The position numbers and the translations under genes were made by a program. The notes below the pieces were generated by a model. That model saw only the letters and a program-made list of their open reading frames with translations, did no database searches and was not told where the DNA came from. 33,415 nucleotides of DNA from Pseudomonadota bacterium (GTDB lineage Bacteria > Pseudomonadota > Gammaproteobacteria > Burkholderiales > Burkholderiaceae_C): assembly GCA_040389805.1 (NCBI GenBank), contig JAZJZP010000326.1, positions 14,298-47,712 on the forward strand, in the 5' to 3' direction. Position 1 is the stretch's first letter. Each line of letters opens with the position of its first letter. Below, in pieces: positions 27,082 to 33,415 of this stretch.

Positions 27082-28290
27082 TTACAGGCGTTCGATGATG
27101 CCCGCAGCGCCTTGTCCGGTACCGATACACATCGTGACCATGCCGTAGCGGCCGCCCGTGCGGTGCAAACCGTGAACCACGGTCGCGGCACGGATGGCAC
27201 CCGTCGCACCCAGGGGGTGACCCAGCGCAATCGCGCCGCCCATCGGGTTGACCTTGGCGCGGTCGAGCACGTGGCCCTTGGCGTCCAGATCCTTCAGCAC
27301 CGCGAGTGACTGAGCCGCGAACGCCTCGTTCAACTCGATCCAGTCCAGATCAGAGGCCTTCAGACCGGCGTACTTCAAGGCCAGAGGAATGGCTTCGATC
27401 GGGCCGATGCCCATGATTTCAGGCGGCACGCCCTTGACCGCAAAGCTCACGAAACGAGCCAGGGGCTTGAGACCGTACTTCTCGCAGGCTTCTTTCGAAG
27501 CCAGGATCAGGCAGCCAGCGCCGTCAGAGGTTTGCGAGCTGTTGCCAGCCGTGACCGAACCCTTGGCCGCGAACACGGGACGCAGCTTGGCCAGACCTTC
27601 CAGACTGGTCTCAGGACGAGCGCCTTCGTCTTGCGTGATCAGCTTTTTGGTGATGGTCACTTCGCCTGTTTCCAGGTTAGGCGTGCGCACCTCGATCTCG
27701 ATCGGGGTGGTTTCAGCCTTGAAGAAACCAGCCTGCTGCGCAGCGATGGCACGGCGGTGGGATTCCACCGCGAACGCATCCTGCTCGGCGCGGCTGATGC
27801 CCCACTGTTCAGCGACCTTCTCAGCCGTCATGCCCATGCCGTAGGCGATGCCGACGTTCTCGTCCAGCGTCACGGCGGGATTGAACGAAGGCTTGGAGCC
27901 GCCCATGGGGACCATGGACATGGATTCCACGCCACCGGCGATCATGACTTCGGCTTCGCCCACGCGGATGCGGTCAGCCGCAATCGACACGGCGGTGATG
28001 CCAGCGGCGCAAAAGCGGTTCACGGTCGCGCCAGCGACGGTCTTGGGCAGGCCCGACAGCAACACGGCAATCTTGGCCACGTTCATGCCTTGCTCGCCCT
28101 CGGGCATCGCGCAGCCAATGATGGCGTCTTCGATGGCCGCGGGATCGAGCGTCGGCACTTGCGCCAGGGCGCTCTTGATGACGGCCACCAACAGATCGTC
28201 AGGACGGGTGTTCTTGAAAACACCACGGCCAGACTTGCCGATCGGGGAACGAGTTGCAGCGACGATGTAGGCGTCTTTGAGTTGATTCAT
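27082..28290 (-). CDS. fadA: Acetyl-CoA C-acyltransferase (thiolase)
   Basis: NRFC, ELNEAFA, GHPLGATG and MCIGTGQG motifs. Confidence 0.95.
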   Translation of the reverse strand: MNQLKDAYIVAATRSPIGKSGRGVFKNTRPDDLLVAVIKSALAQVPTLDPAAIEDAIIGCAMPEGEQGMNVAKIAVLLSGLPKTVAGATVNRFCAAGITAVSIAADRIRVGEAEVMIAGGVESMSMVPMGGSKPSFNPAVTLDENVGIAYGMGMTAEKVAEQWGISRAEQDAFAVESHRRAIAAQQAGFFKAETTPIEIEVRTPNLETGEVTITKKLITQDEGARPETSLEGLAKLRPVFAAKGSVTAGNSSQTSDGAGCLILASKEACEKYGLKPLARFVSFAVKGVPPEIMGIGPIEAIPLALKYAGLKASDLDWIELNEAFAAQSLAVLKDLDAKGHVLDRAKVNPMGGAIALGHPLGATGAIRAATVVHGLHRTGGRYGMVTMCIGTGQGAAGIIERL

Positions 28291-28306
28291 TTGGTGCTCC
28301 GATCGA

Positions 28307-30718
28307 TCAGTTGCGCACGGGCTTGCCGGTGGACATCATGCCCATGATGCGTTCTTGCGTCTTGGGGTTGTCCAGCAAGGTGCAGAAGTGCTTGCGCTCC
28401 AGGGCCATCAGGTACTCCTCGGTCACCAAGGTGCCGGCATCGACGTCACCGCCGGTCAGCACATCAGCGATCATGGAGCTGATCAGGTAGTCGTGGGCGG
28501 AGATGAAGCCACCGTCACGCATGTTGATCAACGAGGACTGCAGCGTGGCCTTGACGTTGCGGCCAGCGACAGCGAACTGACGCTTGGCAGGGGCGCGGTA
28601 GCCCGACTCGAACATCGCCTTGGCTTGTGCAATGGCGACGTGCAACAACTCGTCCTTGTTCGGGACGATGATGTCGCTGTCCAGCAGGTAGCCGTACTTA
28701 CGCGACTCGTGAGCGGACACACCAACCTTGGCCATCGCGGCGGCTTGGAAGCCTTCCTTGATGAAGCCCATCAGCTCGGCACCTTGCTGGCCGGAGACGC
28801 CCTTGGCGGCTTCGACTTGCTCGGCAGCACGGCGTGCCAGGTAAGCCAGACCACCAGCGCCAGGGATCAGACCCACGCCGACTTCGACCAGACCGATGTA
28901 GCTCTCGACGTGAGCCACGCGCTTGGCGCAGTACACAGCCAACTCGCAACCACCGCCCAAAGCCATGCCATGGATGGCGGCCACGGTCGGCACGTTGCTG
29001 TACCGAACGGCCAGCATGAAGTCTTGCAAAGCCTTCTCGCCCGGCTCGATGGCCTTGCCGCCACCCGCCATGAAGGCAGGCATCATCGACTGCAGGTCAG
29101 CGCCGGCAGAGAACGGTGCATCGGCCGACCACACGACCAGGCCCTTGTAATCGGCCTCGGCGATTTGCAGGCCCTTGAGCAGGCCCATCGTGACGCCTTC
29201 GCCGATGGCGTGCATCTTGGACTTGATCGAGGCGATGACGACTTCGTCGTCCAGCGTCCACAAACGGATCGAGGCGTCTTCAAACAAGGTCTTGCCAGCG
29301 GTGGCGGCGTCAGGCGCTTGCGAGCCCAACACGCTTTCGCGGAAGAACTGGCGCTTGTAGACGGGCAGTTCGCGCTGGGGCTTGAACTTGCCTTCAGCGG
29401 CGCTCCACGAGCCTTCAGGCTGGTGCACGCCACCCTTGTCGGCCACAGGACCTTGAATCGCCCACTGGGGCAACGGAGCGCTGCTCAGTGCCTTGCCAGC
29501 TTCGATGTCAGCGGTGATCCATTCGGCCACTTGCTTCCAGCCGGCGGCTTGCCACAGCTCGAAGGGGCCTTGCTTGTTGCCGTAGCCCCAACGCATGGCG
29601 AAGTCCACATCGCGTGCGGTGTCGGCGATTTCGCCCAGGATCACAGCGCTGTAGTGGAAGGTGTTGCGCAGGATGGCCCACAGGAACTGGGCTTGCGGGT
29701 GAGCGGACTCACGCAGGGCCTTCAGGCGCTCGGCAGGCTTGAGGCGCAGGATGTCGGTGACTTCCTTGTCGGCCTTGGCGCCGCCAGCCACGTACTCTTG
29801 CGTCTTGGGATCAAAACGCAGAACGGTCTTGCCTTCTTTTTTGTAGAAGCCCGAGCCCGATTTCTGACCCAGGAAGCCCTTGGCCAGCAAAGCCGTCACG
29901 ACCGACGGTTCAGCGAAGTTGGCCAGGAAGGGATCGCTGGGCAGGTTGTCGCGCAGGGTTTGCGAACCCTTGCTCATGATGTCCGTGCCAACGATGTCCA
30001 GCGTGCGGAAGGTCGCCGACGAAGCGCGGCCCATCTTCTTGCCGGTCAGGTCATCGACCACGTCATAGGTCAGGCCGGACTTGTCGGTTTCGATCAGCGT
30101 GAACAAGGCCCCGGCAATCCCCACGCGGTTGGCGATGAAGTTGGGGGTGTCGTTGGTGCGGATCACGCCCTTGCCGACGGCGGTCGTGACGAAGCTTTCC
30201 AGCTGGTCAACGATCTTGGCATCGGTCGTGGGGGTGGGGATCAACTCGACCAGGTACATGTACCGGGGAGGGTTGAAGAAGTGGATGCCCAAAAAGCGCG
30301 AACGCAGTTGCTCAGGCAGCACTTGCGACATCTTGGTGATCGACAGGCCCGAGGTGTTGGTGGCCAGGATCGCGGTGTCGTTGACGAAAGGCGCAATCTT
30401 CTTGTAGAGATCTTCCTTCCAGTCCATGCGCTCGGCGATGGCCTCAATGATGAGGTCGCAGTCGCGCAGCAACTCGAGGTGTTCTTCGTAGTTGGCTTGC
30501 TGGATCAGCGCAGCGTCTTCAACCACGCCCAGAGGGGCGGGCTTCATCTTCTTCAGGCCTTCGACAGCCTTGGTGACGATGCCGTTCTTGGGGCCTTCTT
30601 TGGCCGGCAGATCGAACAGCACGACCGGCACTTTCACATTGACCAGATGGGCGGCGATTTGCGCGCCCATCACGCCGGCGCCGAGCACGGCAACCTTGCG
30701 GACATTGAATCGACTCAT
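28307..30718 (-). CDS. 3-hydroxyacyl-CoA dehydrogenase / enoyl-CoA hydratase fusion (FadN-type)
   Basis: GAGVMG Rossmann motif, NTSGL, HFFNPP; C-terminal crotonase with FSAGADL, GGGCE and VEVGVG. Confidence 0.93.
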   Translation of the reverse strand: MSRFNVRKVAVLGAGVMGAQIAAHLVNVKVPVVLFDLPAKEGPKNGIVTKAVEGLKKMKPAPLGVVEDAALIQQANYEEHLELLRDCDLIIEAIAERMDWKEDLYKKIAPFVNDTAILATNTSGLSITKMSQVLPEQLRSRFLGIHFFNPPRYMYLVELIPTPTTDAKIVDQLESFVTTAVGKGVIRTNDTPNFIANRVGIAGALFTLIETDKSGLTYDVVDDLTGKKMGRASSATFRTLDIVGTDIMSKGSQTLRDNLPSDPFLANFAEPSVVTALLAKGFLGQKSGSGFYKKEGKTVLRFDPKTQEYVAGGAKADKEVTDILRLKPAERLKALRESAHPQAQFLWAILRNTFHYSAVILGEIADTARDVDFAMRWGYGNKQGPFELWQAAGWKQVAEWITADIEAGKALSSAPLPQWAIQGPVADKGGVHQPEGSWSAAEGKFKPQRELPVYKRQFFRESVLGSQAPDAATAGKTLFEDASIRLWTLDDEVVIASIKSKMHAIGEGVTMGLLKGLQIAEADYKGLVVWSADAPFSAGADLQSMMPAFMAGGGKAIEPGEKALQDFMLAVRYSNVPTVAAIHGMALGGGCELAVYCAKRVAHVESYIGLVEVGVGLIPGAGGLAYLARRAAEQVEAAKGVSGQQGAELMGFIKEGFQAAAMAKVGVSAHESRKYGYLLDSDIIVPNKDELLHVAIAQAKAMFESGYRAPAKRQFAVAGRNVKATLQSSLINMRDGGFISAHDYLISSMIADVLTGGDVDAGTLVTEEYLMALERKHFCTLLDNPKTQERIMGMMSTGKPVRN

Positions 30719-30759
30719 GTCTTCTCCTTACGGATCTCAGGGAATGGAATGGGGTGAAA

Positions 30760-30793
30760 GCGGCGCTGGGGGTTTGAAAAAACCAGCGTCCGC
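30760..30793 (-). other. Intercistronic imperfect hairpin (mRNA stabiliser or weak terminator)
   Basis: GCGGCGCTGG...CCAGCG(T)CCGC with a 13-nt loop and only a short T run. Confidence 0.3.
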
Positions 30794-30810
30794 CTCGGAC
30801 AGCCTGTCGA

Positions 30811-32601
30811 TTAGAACAGGGCTTCGTCCATTTCCATCAGGGGCTTCAGACCAGCGCGAGCAGTGGTCATCAGGGTTTCAACTTCAGGCATCAGCTTGGC
30901 GAAGTAGAAGCGTGCAGTTGCCAGCTTGGCGATGTAGAACTTGTCGCCAGAGTCCTGCTTTTCCAGGGCAATCTTGGCCATGCGGGCAAAGAAGTAACCG
31001 TAGACCAAGTGGCCCACCACGCGCAGGTAATCCACGGCAGCCGCGCCGACTTCATCAGGGTTTTGCATGCCCTTCATGCCGATTTCCATGGTGAAGGCTT
31101 GCACCTTCGTGCCCAGCTCGCCCAGGGGGCCCGTGAACTCTTGCATGGCGGCGTTGTCGGCGTTTTCCTTGACGAAGCGGCCCACGATCTTGCCGAACTT
31201 GGTCAGCTTGGCGCCACCGTCGCCCAGCACCTTGCGACCCAACAGATCCAGTGACTGGATGGTGTTGGTGCCTTCGTAGATCATGTTGATGCGCGCATCG
31301 CGCACGAACTGCTCCATGCCCCACTCGTGGATGAAGCCGTGACCGCCATAGACCTGTTGGCAATGCACGGTGGCCGCAAACGCGTTGTCGGTGATGAAGG
31401 CTTTGACGATCGGGGTCAGCAGGGCCACGATGTCGTCCGATTCCTTGCGGACGGCTTCATCGGGGTGGTTGTGCGACTTGTCCAGCTCGATAGCGGTGTA
31501 GTACACCAGGGCGCGGGCGCCTTCAGCATAGGCACGTGCGGTCAGCAGCATCTTGCGCACATCAGGGTGCACGATGATGGGATCGGCCGCCAGGTCAGGG
31601 CGCTTGACGCCCGACAGACCACGCATCTGCACGCGGTCCTTGGCGTAGGTCACGGCGTTTTCGTAAGCGACTTGGGTCAGACCCAAAGACTGGTTGCCCA
31701 CGCCCAGACGGGCGCCGTTCATCATCACGAACATGGCGGGCAGGCCGCGGTGGGGCTTGCCCACCAAGGTGCCGTTGGCGCCGTCCAGAACAATCTGGGC
31801 CGTGGCGTTGCCATGGATGCCCATCTTGTGTTCCAGGCCACCGCAGTAGATGCCATTGCGCGAACCCACCGAACCGTCGGCGTTCACGTTGAACTTGGGC
31901 ACCACGAACAGCGAGATGCCCTTCGAGCCTTCAGGGGCGTCTGGCAGGCGGGCCAGCACCAAGTGGACAATGTTGTCGGCCATGTCGTGCTCACCGGCCG
32001 AGATGAAGATCTTGGCGCCGGTGATTTTGTAGGAGCCGTCAGCTTGTGGCTCGGCCTTGGTGCGCAGCAGGCCCAGGTCGGTGCCGCAATGGGGTTCGGT
32101 CAGGCACATGGTGCCGGTCCACTCGCCGCTCGTGAGCTTGGGCAGGTAGGTCTTCTTCTGGTCGTCGGTGCCGTGCGCGGCCAGGGCAGCGTGGGCGCCA
32201 TGGCTCAGGCCGGGGTACATGGTCCACGACTGGTTGGCCGAGTTCATCATCTCGTACACGGCCTGGTTCACCAACTGAGGCATGCCTTGACCGCCCCACT
32301 CAGGATCGGCGCTCAAGCCGGACCAGCCGTTTTCGGTGTAGGTCTTGTAGGCTTCTTTGAAACCGGTCGGCGTCTTGACTTCGTGGGTGTCCTTGTTCAG
32401 AACGCAACCCTCGACGTCGCCCACCAGGTTCAATGGTGCCAGTACTTTAGAGGCGAACTTGCCGCCCTCTTCCAGCACCGCATTGACCGTGTCCGCATCC
32501 AGATCGGCGTAGGCCGGGATGGTTTTCAGTTCATCAACAGCGCCCAGCAGCTCATGAATCACGAACTGCATGTCGCGCAGCGGGGGGGTGTATGAAGGCA
32601 T
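30811..32601 (-). CDS. Acyl-CoA dehydrogenase
   Basis: GTMCLTEPHCGTD, KIFISAG, EHKMGIHG, GGHGFI and IYEGTN motifs. Confidence 0.95.
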   Translation of the reverse strand: MPSYTPPLRDMQFVIHELLGAVDELKTIPAYADLDADTVNAVLEEGGKFASKVLAPLNLVGDVEGCVLNKDTHEVKTPTGFKEAYKTYTENGWSGLSADPEWGGQGMPQLVNQAVYEMMNSANQSWTMYPGLSHGAHAALAAHGTDDQKKTYLPKLTSGEWTGTMCLTEPHCGTDLGLLRTKAEPQADGSYKITGAKIFISAGEHDMADNIVHLVLARLPDAPEGSKGISLFVVPKFNVNADGSVGSRNGIYCGGLEHKMGIHGNATAQIVLDGANGTLVGKPHRGLPAMFVMMNGARLGVGNQSLGLTQVAYENAVTYAKDRVQMRGLSGVKRPDLAADPIIVHPDVRKMLLTARAYAEGARALVYYTAIELDKSHNHPDEAVRKESDDIVALLTPIVKAFITDNAFAATVHCQQVYGGHGFIHEWGMEQFVRDARINMIYEGTNTIQSLDLLGRKVLGDGGAKLTKFGKIVGRFVKENADNAAMQEFTGPLGELGTKVQAFTMEIGMKGMQNPDEVGAAAVDYLRVVGHLVYGYFFARMAKIALEKQDSGDKFYIAKLATARFYFAKLMPEVETLMTTARAGLKPLMEMDEALF

Positions 32602-32684
32602 CGTGGAGCTCCTCGGTCACAAAAATACGTTTAGTTGATAAATAACCCGATCACACGCGATGCGCGTGCACGGGCTTGGGACGG

Positions 32685-33415
32685 TCAAACAGCTGCCAGG
32701 GGTGCCTTCGCAAACCCGGCTTTGGCAGCGTCAGGCGCCACCATTCCAGACGGATTTGAAGGCGCGCCCAGTGCATAAAACTGGACGACACGCTCAAACG
32801 CCGTGCCGGCCCGACCCTCTGCTCCCGTCGAACGCAGAAAACGCGCATCGTGGTGGAGCGAAAGAATCAAGCCATGGATCTCAAATAACAATTGCATGGG
32901 GTCGGTGTCGGCGCGCAGTTGGCCCAGGTCCATGGCCATGCGAATGGCCCGACCCAACGCGCCATGCCACGTCAGCACCATGCCCGCCAAGGCATCGCGC
33001 ACCGGACCAGGGCGGTCATCAAACTCGACCGCGCCGCTGATGTAGATGCACCCCGAATCGATTTCGGTCGCCACCATGGCCACCCAGCGCTCAAACATGG
33101 CGCGCAGACGCGGCAGGCCACGCGGCTCACGGATGGCGGGCAAAAAAACCTCCGCCGAAAAACGCTCGTGGTATTCACGGATCACCGAGATCTGCAACTC
33201 TTCACGCGAACCAAAGTGGGCGAACACGCCCGACTTGCTCATGCCGGTGACTTCAGCCAGCGCGCCAATGGACAAGCCTTCGATGCCCCTCTGGGAGGCC
33301 AGGTTCAAGGCCGCGTCCAGGATGGTCGCCCGGGTCTGTTGCCCCTTGTGTGCCCCGCGCCCACGCTCACGCTCACGCACCACCTCGGTGGCATGTTTGG
33401 CGTTTTGGGTCAGCA
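32685..33415 (-). CDS. TetR/AcrR family regulator heading the beta-oxidation operon; start probably just outside the window
   Basis: HTH GLSIGALAEVTGMSKSGVFAHFGSREEL; the frame stays open to the edge (..TG CTG ACC CAA AAC), consistent with an ATG starting 1 nt beyond 33415. Confidence 0.9.
   Translation of the reverse strand, partial: LTQNAKHATEVVRERERGRGAHKGQQTRATILDAALNLASQRGIEGLSIGALAEVTGMSKSGVFAHFGSREELQISVIREYHERFSAEVFLPAIREPRGLPRLRAMFERWVAMVATEIDSGCIYISGAVEFDDRPGPVRDALAGMVLTWHGALGRAIRMAMDLGQLRADTDPMQLLFEIHGLILSLHHDARFLRSTGAEGRAGTAFERVVQFYALGAPSNPSGMVAPDAAKAGFAKAPLAAV

Noticed and set aside
32654-32670. CACGCGATGCGCGTG near-palindrome as a TetR operator
   Set aside because: Short, imperfect and GC-rich, so likely by chance; the real operator is more likely upstream of tetR, outside the window.

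Overview
GC-rich betaproteobacterial (Burkholderiales-like, inferred from gene content and codon usage) chromosomal window. From left to right it contains an asnB / AMP-ligase / ACP / NadE-like cluster running off the left edge, ruvC, an alpha-carbonic anhydrase, RNase P RNA, and a lower-GC islet with a BrnT/BrnA toxin-antitoxin pair and a probably truncated lipoprotein. Next come dsbD, cysK, a K+ channel and pyrC. A two-gene unit then encodes a gingipain-like (C25) protease with TSP3 repeats and a C-terminal dockerin, followed by a cohesin-like PEP-CTERM protein. The right half holds a DUF6091-like binding protein, an Atm1-type ABC exporter, several small enzymes, a GlyGly-CTERM subtilase with an upstream propeptide-like lipoprotein, and a TetR-headed beta-oxidation operon. 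The main candidate for an undescribed system is the dockerin-protease / cohesin-PEP-CTERM pair (13076-16339), which looks like a cellulosome-style docking module coupled to exosortase surface anchoring. All family calls come from motif recognition by eye; no searches were run.
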